Made by a program: the position numbers and the translations under genes. The notes beneath the pieces are model-generated. The model was not told the origin of the DNA, did not search any database, and was given only the letters and a program-made list of their open reading frames with translations. DNA of 63,892 nucleotides, the filler included, from Basidioascus undulatus (taxonomy: Eukaryota): assembly GCA_000826855.1 (NCBI GenBank). It is 5 parts of 5 records of this genome, joined end to end, with 100 filler letters (N's around TTAATTAATTAA, not from the genome) between each part and the next. Parts side by side here need not be neighbours in the genome. Positions count along the whole stretch, not along the records: positions 26,860 to 40,184 come from JTLS01000824.1; positions 40,285 to 53,604 come from JTLS01000825.1; 3 more parts are not named here. One strand, written 5' to 3'. Below, in pieces: positions 38,632 to 51,205 of this stretch. Numbering within the stretch: the stretch's first letter is position 1; every line of letters starts with the position of its first letter.

Positions 38632-40142
38632 ATGCATTTTACCCAAATCCACAACCTCACACCGACTCTCCTCATCGCGTCCTCGCCCGACATATCCTCA
38701 TCGCAGGTCGCGCTGCATCCTCGCAGTAGTCCGCATGCAGCCGCAGCTCCCACCTGCATCGCGCTGCCCCGACAGTGTCGGATCGAGATCGGCTCGCTCG
38801 AGGCGAAGGAGTGTTTTGAGATTCTGTTGCGGAAGCGGAAGGGCCGGGGCGGGTGGGCGAAGGCTGAGCTCTCTGGGCGCGGGGCGGAGCGGTATTCGGC
38901 ATTCGTTCTCGAGGTGCGCCATCTCCCCTCACTCTCACTCTCAAGCTCGTCCTCCTTGATCTTATCCTCAGCCTACACCCACCTCCCCAAACCACCAAGT
39001 CCTCATCCTCCCCGCGCGGGACCCGAGCCGCTGGATGGCGTCCCTCCCCGACTCGACGCCACTGTCCGACCTCTGCTTCCCCGGGACGCACGACTCGGGC
39101 GCGACGGTCGGGTTCCCCGTGTCGCAGTGCCAGTCGCCGGGCACGCCCATCGGCGCGCAGCTGCAAGACGGCATCCGGGTGCTGGATCTTCGGCTCGCCG
39201 TCAAACATAAGCATCTGCTCGTTTACCATGGTCCGCCCTCCTCCCTTGCTCCTCTCTCAAACACCATCTCCTCATGCGGTGGGATCCCCAGGCATCCGCT
39301 CCCAACGCACGTCCTTCTCTATAGTGCAAGACTTCCTGCTTGACTTCCTTTCGAACCGCCCGTCCGAGACGATCCTCCTCTCAATCAAAGAGGAAGGCCC
39401 CCCGCACGCGCTATTCCCCCACCTCCTGCAGCTCGAATTCGCCCGGAACCCGGAAAGGTGGTGGGTCCACCCGCGCTTCCCCACGCTCGGCGAGGCGCGG
39501 GGCAGGCTCGTGCTCCTCTCCCGGTACGGGACGGCGGGCGAGGGCAGCGGCGTCCCCCCGCCTAGGTGGCCCGATAATCGGAGAGAGGGGTTCCAGTGGG
39601 TTGGGAGGGGCGCGGCAGGGGAGGAGGTGCGAGGGGTCACGCAGGACTGGTGCGCCCTCTCGGCCTCCAGCTATCCCGCTCCTCAAGCCGACTGACCCGC
39701 GCCTTTGAACAAACAGGTACAGCATCGGGACCTTCCTCCGTCTTCCCGAGAAGTTCTCTGCAGTACGTCCCTTTCTCTCCACAAAATCTTCACCTCGCAT
39801 CTTCTCTCCCCCCTCCCCTTCACACCCCTCCAGTTCTCCACCCTCCTGCGCACCTACTCCCCCGCCCCCCACACATTCCCAATCAACTTCGCAAGCGCCG
39901 CGACCTTCCCCCTCGCGCTCCCGCCGACCTGCGCACTCGGCTTCGGGTGGCCGCGCCTCGCGCTCGGGCTGGAGGGCATGAATGTCCGGGTCGGCCGGCT
40001 GCTGCTGGAGCGCCTTGCAAGGGGGGAGAGGACCAAGGGCGCGTGCATGTTGGACTTTTATGCGCTGCCGCAGGGGGGGGTGGTGGAGGTGCTGGTGGAG
40101 CTGAACTTTTTGGTGGGTCAGGAGAGGGGAGACTATGCTTGA
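38632..40142 (+). CDS. PI-PLC X-domain phosphodiesterase (bacterial-type phospholipase C-like)
   Basis: WMASLPDSTPLSDLCFPGTHDS...SQCQ...QLQDGIRVLDLRL...VYHG...PSETILLSIKEE...PTLGEARGRLVLLSRY...QDWY...INFASAA. Confidence 0.88.
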
Positions 40143-40184
40143 GGCCATGAAGACCATGTCGGACGCGGAGGTGGAGGCTGTGAT

Positions 40185-40284
40185 NNNNNNNNNNNNNNNN
40201 NNNNNNNNNNNNNNNNNNNNNNNNNNNNTTAATTAATTAANNNNNNNNNNNNNNNNNNNNNNNNNNNNNNNNNNNNNNNNNNNN
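40185..40284. other. Artificial contig linker
   Basis: N44-TTAATTAATTAA-N44. Confidence 0.99.
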
Positions 40285-40308
40285 GGGGGGGGGGAGGAGC
40301 ATACGCAC

Positions 40309-40651
40309 TTCTTGCCGCAGTACACGAAAGCACCGGTGTAGAGACCCTCGGTCGCGATGAAGGTCTCCTGGCGGAGCTTGTAGCGGTACGGGTCGCGGAA
40401 GACGACGCGAGCGAGGGGAGCACCACTGCGGACCGCCCAACCAAAATTTAGACCCCACCTCGCCGCCTGCCCTGAGGGCAATGCAAGACTCACCGGCCGG
40501 GGTCGTGGATGATCTCCTTGACGATGCCGCGGATGTAGCCGTTCCGCTCGGCGTAGTCGAGCTTGCGGAGCTTGGCCGGCGCCTTGTTGTGGTGGGTGTG
40601 CGACTTGAAGATGCCGCCGCTCTTACGCTGGTTGCGGATGACACGACCCAT
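40309..40651 (-). CDS. RPL2: 60S ribosomal protein uL2 (L2/L8), 5' part; truncated at contig edge
   Basis: [19 protein letters not shown]...[39 protein letters not shown]...EGLYTG; intron 40493-40426 and a probable 5'UTR intron. Confidence 0.97.
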
Positions 40652-43390
40652 TCTGCGCGGGGGAGAGATGGGGAATTGAGGGGTGGAGTGTAAGCAGGTG
40701 TGTGGGTGTGGGCGAGGGGAATAGGCGCGTAATAAGAGTGCCGTACTTTGCTGGTAGTGGTCAAAGACAGAGTGCCGGGGGAGGCGGGCGAGCGGGCGAA
40801 GGGCGAGGGCGAAGAAGGCGCGCGCAGAAGGGAATTTGGCGCAAGTGCGGAAGGAGCGTCGAATATGGGCGATATCAACGTGATTCGGTGTCGGTGAATT
40901 GGCGGAGTGAAGGGAAGAGCGAGAATAAGGGGAGCAGGGCGTTATTGTCAGTATTATCCTCGCCGTTGAAACGTGCGTGCCCGCCGTTCCTCGCCCAAGG
41001 TCCTCCCTCATCCCCTCCTCCTCCTCCCTTGCATCCCCAACTCCGCGCCCAATCCACCGATTTCGCCCGTCCAAACGCCAATTCCAAACACCCGACACCG
41101 TTCGTGACGCCCTGCACGGCATCTCCAACGTACTCTCGACCTCTAGAACGACGTGGCTTACCTCGACTTCCTCGACTTCCGGGGCTCCCAGAAGGAGGGA
41201 AGGAGAAGGGGAGGGAGAGAAGAAAGGGCGTGAAACTTGCTGACAAAGGCTGCGCCTCACTTTCTTCTTTTCAACTGCGACTCCTCAATATCGTGCAATG
41301 TGTGCTTTCAGGATGTAAAGCAGTATATTAATCAATAATGTAGAAGCAACCAGAGTCCAGGGTAAATGAAAGGCAACAAACAGCTGAGCGCAGCTTGTCC
41401 TCTGCAGCGCTGACCAGCCTCTTCACGCCCCCTCGGAGTGAGTTGCGAGTGAACTATGGTCCAAACCCTGGAAAGACATAGAACACTGTTACTAAGGAAA
41501 CCCGGCACAGCGATGTCCTAAAATATGCCAGAAAGCGAATGAACGTCTCAACTCTTGCAGCGGGACGCCCAGGTGAGAAGACGACCGCATCGGCTTGCAA
41601 CGGTTGAAGCCTCCACATGGGTATACCAAGAGATATCTATCTTGACAGGAGTTTAATTCCATAACAGTCTGTCATACATCACACTCCCTAGCCTCCGCCC
41701 AAGCGTGCATCCCCTTGCAGGACTACAGTGCCGGCTGCAGCCTATAAGCTGAAGCCCTCAGGCTGTCCAGTCGTAGCAGACTCGTTCAAGCACCAGAGAT
41801 CCAGATACATGCGGAACAACCCATTACTTGGAAAGGATATAGATGATTCAACGACTTCCTTCAGCCTGGTGTGCAGCGTACACGCTCCTCGTTCACGCTC
41901 GCGGCATGGCAGCCCATCACAACCCTCGGGAAGGCAGACCCGGCGAGTCGTACAAGGCAACAAGAGGAGAATCTGGATACAGCTGCAACATAACCACGCA
42001 TCCAACTGTATGACGGACACACGAAGATTGTTTGCCCAGGGGTCCTAGCTCGAACCTGTCCCACGGGATTTCCAGTGGAAACCGCGGTGTAGGTGCCGGA
42101 CTGCGCGGCGGCAAAGTCAATTATGTCCAGGGCTCCATCTACGAACACCAAAAAAGGGCTGTATACAGCACTCGGCGTTTGATAATTGTAAAACACGCTG
42201 TTCGCCGGTACTGCCAGCGGCGGCGAACTTGTTTGGAAAGAAAGCTTGCGTGCAGCCGGAGCATTCGCCTCGTCCACCTGCATCCGAACCTCATGACCAC
42301 CGAAGTGCCTAGAGAATAGAACGCAAAGAAGTTCAGAAATAAACGCCTTTGAAAGTTTGGTAGGCGCTCGAAGCCTTCCAATACTTTTTGAGGTGGTCTC
42401 ATAGAGCGGAAGGGATTCATCGAAATGTCCGGACGCGCCGACACGCTGCCGATGGGAAGGCAGCAGCAGCGGCAGGGCTCTCCCCTCACCACCAAAACAC
42501 ACACACGCTTCTTGCATACCGCGCTCATCATTCTCCGCGCGACAACCCAGTTTCACGTAGCGTTTGTGACCCGCACAGCCAACGAACACCTGGAAATCTT
42601 CGCTGTTTCGCCGTACGCTGCCGCGGCTTGGCGCTTCATACCACTCTCCCAAGCGCTCCGAGTCTCTCTCTACCGACGTCTTCGTCTGAGCAGACAGAGG
42701 TGGGTCCCGTTTCCGCCTGTTCGCGCTCTATATCGCACGCATAGCAGGCTTCAAGAGGGCTTGCAGGCTTCCCTGGATTGGGCTGCGTGCGAACCGGGCA
42801 CATTGATTTGAGCGGGGCGGAGCTTGCGGTCGGAGTCTGACGCAATGCTCGAGGGGACTCGCAGCGACGCAGATCCACCGCCTGTCGATCGCTGCCTCCC
42901 CCTCGCCAGCGACCGCCATCTCCCCCAAGGGCGCACAGCTCATCCCGGTCCCCAGAAGGCGCCCCCACCCAGACCTTGGTGCGTCGTCAGCGTCGTCGGC
43001 GGACTCGATGCTGCTGCGATGCTTGGTGAGTGGGGCTGACGAGCGGTGGTGGGCCTAAGCAGGATTCCTCTCTCGGCCGTACGCGGATGCACACTGGCAC
43101 AGGCTCTGGAGAACGTAGATATCCGTGAGGTGAGCATGAAGGGGGATCTGGGAGGGAAGCGGAACGAAGGCCGGAAGCATTGGCCTGGGGTGCAGGGGGA
43201 TCCGGATTGGCGGCGTGATGGTGTTCATCCAGGTACCTGGCCAACCTGGTGCTAACGCCGCGGCTCCTCCACGGTCAGGTATAGGATTCTCAGCATTGTA
43301 CGACCCGGCGTTTACGCAACGACGGTGCGTTCTTCGCCGGGAATATCCCACGAATTCAGCTCTGACGCCCAGCTCTCGGCAGCAACCCCC

Positions 43391-46300
43391 ATGACTCCCT
43401 CACAATCCCGCCCCTCCCCGCGCCTGCGCAACCTCCCCTCTCTCCGGCCGAACGATGGCTCCTTAGGCTGGCCGAGCTCCGCCGCGCGCGACCCGTTCGA
43501 CCGCGAGGGCGAGCGATGGACCGACGACCCCTTCGCGCGGCACGCGGACTCGAGCGAGTCGAGCGGCGAGACGGGCGAGGACGACGATGTGCCCGCGCCG
43601 CCGCCGAAGGTGAAGGAGCGCTCGGCGAGCTCGGGCGCGGTGCTGGGCGTGGTCGACACCGAGGAGCAGCCGGACGCCCAGCAGCTCGACAGCGACGAGC
43701 AAGAGTACCGGCACGCGCGCCCGCGCATGCCGCTCCTCAACCGCGCTTTCTCGATGCCCCTCCCCTCCAAGCTCGGCCGCCTCGTCAACCCGCACCCTAA
43801 AGTCCGCTCCCGGACCGAGTCCGACGCGTCTGGCGCAAGCGTTCCCGAAGACGCCGCGCTGCTCCAGAAGCAGCTGTCGCAAGAGCTCGCCGATCTCGTC
43901 CAACTCTCGATCCAGACCCTCCTCCAGCTCAGCCCGCCCCATCTCCTCGACCCGGCAAAGGAGCAGTTTGCCGCGTGCGGCCTCACAGTCCCCACCACGT
44001 CTTTCTCCGCCCTGCTCTCCATCTCCAAAGCGCTCAACCACCTCTCCACGCTCGGTGTCGGCTCGGAGACGGCGGCTGTCGTCAGGCAGATCGCGCCGCA
44101 GCTTCCGCCTGCCGAGCCCGACGCAAGCTGGGACATCGCCGAGATGCTGCAGAGCACGGCAGACGTCGTCGCCGGCCAGGCGTCGGAGCGAGGCGTCGAG
44201 ATCGCCCTGTTCCACGCGGACGTCGCGCTGAAGCATGTGGCGGTCAAGAGCATCCGCGAGGGCTCGGATGAGGGTGCAGTGGGGTTCGGCTTGCTGCATG
44301 TGAGTGTCTTTCGCTTTAGTTGGTGGTAATATGGGCGCCCGTTTCTCAACGCGCGCGTTCTAGGTGATTCGGCGCATCCTGGCGAACGCGGAGAACGGCT
44401 CCACCCTCGAAATCGGACTTCAGATCTCCCCCCAAGACTCCCCTTCCGATTCCCACCCCGACTCGCTCGAGCTCCTGACCTGCGCGTTCGAGATCGTTCA
44501 CCACGCCCCTCCCTCTCACGCCCCCTCCATCGACGATCCTGCGCCATCCCCCTTCCCGAGCAATGCCCTCACCGAGCACATCCTCTGCTCCCTCAGAGCC
44601 GACCTGCGCTCGAGTCCGCTCGCGCCAGAGACGATGGTCATGCCCCCTCGGCGGCGGTACGAGTTCGCACTCACGCTCGCGCGCGGGGAGCCAATCCTCG
44701 AGCCGCCGACCTTCACCGCCGAGGAGCAGGCCTCGCGCCAGCCGTTCGACCCAGACATGTCCCTAGCGCGCGAGCCGACGCTCGAGGAGCTGAGCGCCTT
44801 CGCGGAGACGCTGCGCGGGAAGAAGGTCGAGTTCCACGCGAGCCTGCACAGCGTCTTCGCCCGACACCTCACGGCCTACCTCGCGACGTGGGGGACGGAC
44901 ATCCAGCACGTCCCGACGGACGATCCGGAGGCGCGGAAGGCTGTCGAGGAGGCGTTGAATCAGGCGCAGGCGCAGGCGGCGACGAGGGCGGACTCGGGCT
45001 ACGGCGGCAGCACGCTCGGAGTGCCGAACCTCACCGTCCAAGGCGCCGAGAGCGCGATTCCGCCGAACGAGGGCGCGGCACCTGCCCCCCCAGGCTCGCC
45101 GGCGCTGAGCACGCCGGCAAGTTTATCACGACCGTCATCGGCTGGCGAGCATCTCGCTCCGGAAGGGCCTCCCGCGACCCCGACCTTGCCGACGAGCTTC
45201 GTCATCATCGACGACGACGTCCCCACCCTGCGCCGGCGCTTGCTGCAAGCGCGCACGACGAGCACACCGAGCAGCATGTCTCTGTCGCTTACGAATCGCC
45301 TCGGCAAGCGACCCACCCTCGCCCAGTTCCGCACGCACTCGTCCCCGCATATCCGCACTTCCGCGTCGTCGTCGCGCTCGAGCGGTCCGAGCCTCCCTCC
45401 GCCGCCGCAGTCGGTCGTCTTCCTCCACTTCACAAGCCTCGCCAACTACAAGCACATCAAGGACGTGGTCGCGACGATCCGCGCCGTGGCGACGTGGTAC
45501 GGCCGCCCGTACATGCTTCCCGAGGTGCAGGTCATCCCGAAGCCCGCAGGCCCTCGTCGCTTCCTCACCGCGCTCTACACGGCCGTCAACCGGCCCATCG
45601 TCGACCCACACTTCGAGCCGATCGCGACGAGCCCGTCTAGCCCCACACCCCCTCTCTTCTCCGGCCTGTACAGCGGCGAGTCGCGGTTCCCGTCGCCGCT
45701 TGCCTCCCCTTCCCTCAGCGCAGGTGGCCGCCAAGACGAGACCCCGCCCGCATCCGACGCCGCGTCTGCAGGCTCCTTGCACTCGCGCAGCCCTGGAGGC
45801 CAGCCGGTCTATACCCCGTCGGTCACCTCCCCGCTCGCGCAAGACGCGATGAGCTATTTCTCCGACGCTGCGACGCGGATGGGCGGATCGGAACAAGGAT
45901 CGCGCGGCATTCTCCTCCAGTCGCCGGACGGCCGTCCCGCGGGCCTCTTCTTCCACCCTTCCTCCTCGTCGGTCTCCCGCCGCGAGGGCAGCAGCAGCAA
46001 GAGCGGCACGCCGAGAGCGGCCCAACCACCGCGCCGCCGGTCCTCGAACCCCCCGCACGAGCCGGCGATGTTTACACCGGCAGCCCCGCTCGAAGGCCTC
46101 CTCGCCAACGCCGGCTCGCTCCGTCGTCGCGCCGGCCCGGGCCCGCCCGCATCGCTCGCGTCGTTCGCATCCTCTCCTGCCATCCCGACCCTCAAGCGAA
46201 GCCCGACCGCCACGCGCCCAGGCAACTTCGTACACTCGCTCTCCGACTCGCTCACGACCGACGGCGGCGCCGGCGACGAACGCGTCGGGGACACCGTGCC

Positions 46301-48234
46301 TCCCTTGCCGTCCCTCCCGGCTTTGACCGTCGACTCCCGTGCAGGCACCATCGTCGCTCGCGGCGAATCGTCCCCACGCGTCCCCCGAAAGCTATCGGAT
46401 CCCTCGCCGCCGGCAAACCGCGCCGCCTGCCCAACGTCGCCCGCTGTGCAAACAGCCGCCGGTGCGGCCCCGCCGCCAACTCTCTCGCACCACTCGCGCG
46501 AGCACTCCGGCGCGTCGACCCGCAGCCTACCGCCAGACTCGCCCGAGATCGCCCTTCCCCCGCAGCCGACCAAGACGAACGCCCAGACGCCAGCGGAGCT
46601 CATGCCGCCGGCGGTCCCGCCGAAGGCTCCGACCGTCTCGCCTCGCGACGGCAGCAAGCTCAAGAACCAGATCAGTGCGGCGAAGAAGAGCGGCGGGAAG
46701 CCGTCGGGCAACGGGTGGTTGAGCGCGGGCGTCACGCCGCCAATCAGTGTCCTCATAGTCGAGGGTGAGACCTTCGAGTTCTGACGCTGGTGCTGCTTAA
46801 CTGACGTTTTGCGCGCCTTCTAGACAACTTGATCAACCAATCGATCTTGACCATGTTCATGAAGCGGCGAAAGATCAAGTACGGGGTCGCGGTCAACGGC
46901 GAGGAGGCGGTCGAGAAGTGGCGCAGCGGCAGTTATCATCTCATTCTCGTGAGTCGACAGTCGTTTCAAGACTTGCGCGTCCGCTAACAACCGCCGTTAC
47001 TGGATAGATGGATCTTGCACTTCCGGTCATGAGCGGTATCGATGCCACGACCAAGATCCGCCAGCTCGAGAAGTCCAACAACATCGGCGTCTTCCCCAGC
47101 ACCCCGCCCTCCGAGCTTCCACCCGCGTCTCCCGCGACCGCGTCCGCCGCCTTGTCGGGCGTGCCGCCGTCCCCCTTCCGCTCCCCAGTCATCATCGTCG
47201 CCCTCACCGCATCTTCGGCCATGTCCGACAGGGTCGCCGCGCTCGCGGCGGGATGTAACGACTTCCTTACCAAGCCCGTGAACCACCACTGGCTCGAGCG
47301 CAAGATCATCGAGTGGGGCTGCATGCAGGCGCTCATCGACTTCGAGGGCTGGCGGAGGTCGAAGGGCGAGTCGCGCGGGAATGGGAATGGGCAAGGCAGT
47401 GGCGGCAGCAGCGACGCTCTGCGCGGCGCGGACCTCAAGGCCAAGAGCCTCGCCAAGCGGCTGCGCATCGACCGCACGCGCTCGCCGTCCGACCCGACCG
47501 CAGCGTCCTTGCCGAATCCGACCGTCACGGTAGACGCCGCGCCGCCGCCTGCCGAGCCTCGGCAGTCGCCGCCGTCGCCGCAGAAATCGCCGCTCAGCGC
47601 GCATTCGTTGTCGACCGAGACCGATGTCGCCTCCCCGCCGATATTCGACTCCTCGGGCCGCAAGGAGTCGGACGATTCCGCCAAGACAGCGACGCTGGCG
47701 TCCGTCATCAACGACGAACCGGAAACGCTCGACGTCCCAGACACGAGCGAGTCTTCCGAGATCAGCAACCCGCAGTACCCCAGCGCGTCGTCGTCGTCCG
47801 ACTACGAAGGCTCAATGCCGCCGCCGCCCGCGCTGGCCGCGTCAATGCTGCACATCCCGCTGTTCGATCCGCACGCCGCTACGCCCGAAGGCTCGAGCGA
47901 GTCGGATGGCTCGCCCGTCTCGCCGTCGGCGCAGGGCGACGTGGGCATCTCGGGCGAGAACGCGCTGCAATCGCACATGGAGGACGCCGCGCAGGCCGAG
48001 CGCACGGAGCAGGCGGACGAGGTCGCAGGACGGCCGCACGTCCTCGGCGGCGACAACCACGAGTCCGCGCAGAGCATCGAGGCCGTCTTGCTGGGTTCCA
48101 CGCCGGTAGGGTTGGACGACGCGCACGGGTCGGAGGAGAACACACCTCCAACTCCGATACAGCCGCTGCCTGACGAGGACGACTCAAGCGAAAAGCCTCT
48201 GCCCCCTCTTCCACCTGACGTTGGCAATTCGTGA
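43391..48234 (+). CDS. SSK1: HOG-pathway response regulator (start uncertain, may extend upstream)
   Basis: QTLLQLSPPHLLDPAKEQF...PKPAGPRRFLTALYTA...PPISVLIVE/DNLINQ...KWRSGSYHLIL/MDLALPVMSGIDAT...VIIVALTASS...LAAGCNDFLTKPV...KIIEWGCMQALIDF. Confidence 0.92.
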
Positions 48235-48743
48235 CGAACCGACCGTCTCCTTTCTCTTTGTCTCTTTTCTTTACTTGGTATTATCGTGGTCGCATAACCC
48301 CATCATTATCCTTGCGTTATTTCCACCCTATGACACCGCTTTCATCTTCTGGGTTTACCGCCGTCTTCACTGTTCTGATTCCTCACATCATTGCATTTTC
48401 CAATTCCCCACAATAAACGGTCATTCGGTCGTATTACTTCGTGATTCCCAATTCCATTTTCAAGTAGTCTGTTTCCACTTCTTCCCTTGTTTTGGTCTTC
48501 ATCATCTTCGCTGCTGCCTGTCATCGCGCTCCTGCTTTGCAACGTTCCGATAACTATACATGATGTTCGTCGATGAACGCATTGTTTGCTGTGCGGCGCA
48601 GTCTCCCGACGATGCTCGAACCGAGAACTACCACTTCCTCGCAATGTCGTGCTGATTCAATGCAGAATAAATGCGAGGTTTGGTCAATCAATGCAGTCCT
48701 TCCACCGCCGCCTCCAAGCAACCCAGCCCCCTCAACCCCCCGC

Positions 48744-51205
48744 TCAATCGCTATCCGAGTCCGACGAGTCGTCCCCGCCCTGCTGGTCGTCGTCCGTCCC
48801 GCTGGTGTCGTCGTCGCTGTCGTCGCTGTCGTCGCCCCTCTTGGCCGGCTTGACGCTGCCCCCGCGCAGTTGGGCCATCTGCCCCGCGAGCGTGTCCTCC
48901 TCCGGGTCCGAAATCTCGTCCTCCTCGTCCTCCGCGCCCGCAGCCGACGGCGGCTCGACGCGCAGCTTGATCTCCTTGAACGCCTCACTTCCGTCCGTCT
49001 CGGACTTCGCGATCGCGCGGAATGTATACAGCCCCGGCTGCGGCGGCGCCTGGAACTGGATCGTCACCTCGCGCGCGCGCGTGTCGAGCGCGTGCCGCTG
49101 CAGGGGCAGGTCCGTCGTCCACGTGGGCTGCACAATGATCTTTTGCATCTTGGCGTCGCCGAGGAGGACAAGGTAAGTCGAAGCACGGTCCTGCGCGTGG
49201 AAGCATCGATGTCAGCACGAGATAACGTTGAGTGTGGCGGAGAACGCGAAACCAACCTCCGGGTAGTACGGCGTGTAGGCGTACGTCGAGCGCTCCTCCT
49301 TCTCCGCAGGAGTGGAAGACGAGGCGGGCTTCTCGGGTACGTCCCCGTTCGTCGCGGAGTCGACCTTTTCGGTGATCGCAGGCGCAGCCTTCTCGGCTGC
49401 GGCGGGCGTGGGCTCGGTGAAGCGGTTGGGGACGAGACGGAGCTTGGTCTTGAATTGGACGATCGCGCCGGGCGTGACGACCTTCTCGCCGATGACTGTG
49501 GGAGGAAGAGCAGGGTCAGGCAGAGACACATATGCGGTGAGGCCGGAAGGAGCGCTGGCGGGACTCACCAGAGAAAGAAGCATCGACAACCTCCACAGCC
49601 GCCATGCGCTGCACGACGTCCCTCACGCCGGCGTAGTCCTCCTCGTTCACGCCGCCGCTCTGACCAACCCGCAGCGCCGCCCGGCGCTCCTCCTCGTCCA
49701 TCTTAGCGATGCGCTTCGCCGACCCCGCGCGGCGCGCAGTCTCCTTCGGCACGCCGTGCACGGCGTACACCGCTGCGTCCTTGGGCAGCGTCGCCTGCAG
49801 CAAGTGCGCCTGCAGAGAGGAGACGAGGAGGGAGGTCGGCAGCCAGTTGTGCGCGAGCGCGATGGAGAGAAGCGAGCGGCTCGTGTGCAGGGCGAGAGGG
49901 AGGAGGTGGGAGAGCTCTGGTGAAAGGTGGCAAGTAGTCAGACGGCTGATCCGACAGGTGGATCAGAGGAATGGCAGCTGACCGGACTTCAGGTCGGAAG
50001 AAAGCGGCAGGCGCAGGATGTGCGCATAGAGGAGAGTGGTGGCGCGACGAGAGTGCGGCTTGTCGAGCTGCGCATCCCAGCTTCCATCTTCAGCCGACTG
50101 CCCTCGTCCCCTCAATTTCTAGAGGGGAACGGAAACGCACCTGTCCCTTAGGAACCCATTGGTGCCCGTACTCCTCATTCAGCTTCGCTTTAACGTCCTT
50201 CTCCACCTCTGGAAGCGCGCCCTTGCGCGCGCCGGCCGTCTTGGCGAATTCGTCCGCAGCGCCGAGGAGCTCGATCAACTCGAAAAAGGTGGCGTTCTCG
50301 GCGAGGTTGCGGAAGAAGGTCGAGGCGGTCGAGTTGAGGACGCGGTCCTTGGTGAGGGAGCGGGTCGAGTACCACCATTTGCCCTGTATAAGAACGAGTC
50401 AGAAGAGGTGTTAAAGACAGCGACTTAGAAAATGAAAGACGTACAACAACGTAAGGCAGACCGGCGCCGAAGAGAAGTCCGTACACGCCCAAGACCCAGA
50501 TGTTGTTCTTGCTCTCGACGACCCACTTGGGGATAGCGACGCCCATGCTGAAGTCCTGCTTGCCATCGGGGTGGCCATACAGCTCGTAGTTAAGACGCGT
50601 CTGCTCATCGGTGAGGCTGCGCGTCCGTGTCCAACTTTCAGCTCCGCTGCGCCATGGGGACTGTACAGCGGCGGAAGACAACGTACGCCTTGTACGCCTT
50701 GGTAAGAGAGACGAAGTAGTCATCGGCCATTTCGCGAGTCTGGTTGACCGCGAGCTTGACCTTGTCCGGATGGCTGCAAGCGTGCCCTCGGTGTGAGTTG
50801 ACACCCTTCTCGTCCACGCTGAGCCTAAGAGGCAGAGACGTACAACTTGAGACTGAGCTTCCTATAGTGCTTCTTGATCTCCCGCTCGGTCGCGCTCGCG
50901 GCGATGCCGAGGATCTCGAACGGATCATAGAGCTTGCGGTCGACCTTTGTGTTCTTGACGCGGTACGCGAGCGCGGCGAAGGCCGCCCAACCGAGGAGGA
51001 CGAGGAGGGCCTTCTTGCTCGGGAGGGCGGCGCGGGCGGGGCGCGGGCGCGGGGAGCCGCGCGGGTAGGGGTACGCGGGGACTGAGGAGGTGCGGGAGGG
51101 CCGGAGGAGGGAGATGGTGAGCGGGACGAGGACGAGGAAGAGGAAGGTGAGCGCAAAGTAGCCGGCGAGCAGGCCGGACTCGTCGTAGGAGTACTGCGAG
51201 CTCAT
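48744..51205 (-). CDS. SEC63: ER translocon J-domain protein
   Basis: MSSQYSYDESG...YDPFEILGI...IKKHYRKLSLKF/HPDK...TKAYKA/LTDEQTRLNYELYGHPDGKQ...QFQAPPQPGLYTF...EDEISDPEEDTLAGQMA. Confidence 0.96.

Noticed and set aside
41728..42652. 263-aa minus-strand ORF between RPL2 and SSK1
   Set aside because: Lacks the host codon bias and any identifiable domain.
43312..48227. Long antisense and alternate-frame ORFs over SSK1 (and similar ones over other nuclear genes)
   Set aside because: Expected shadows of high-GC coding sequence.
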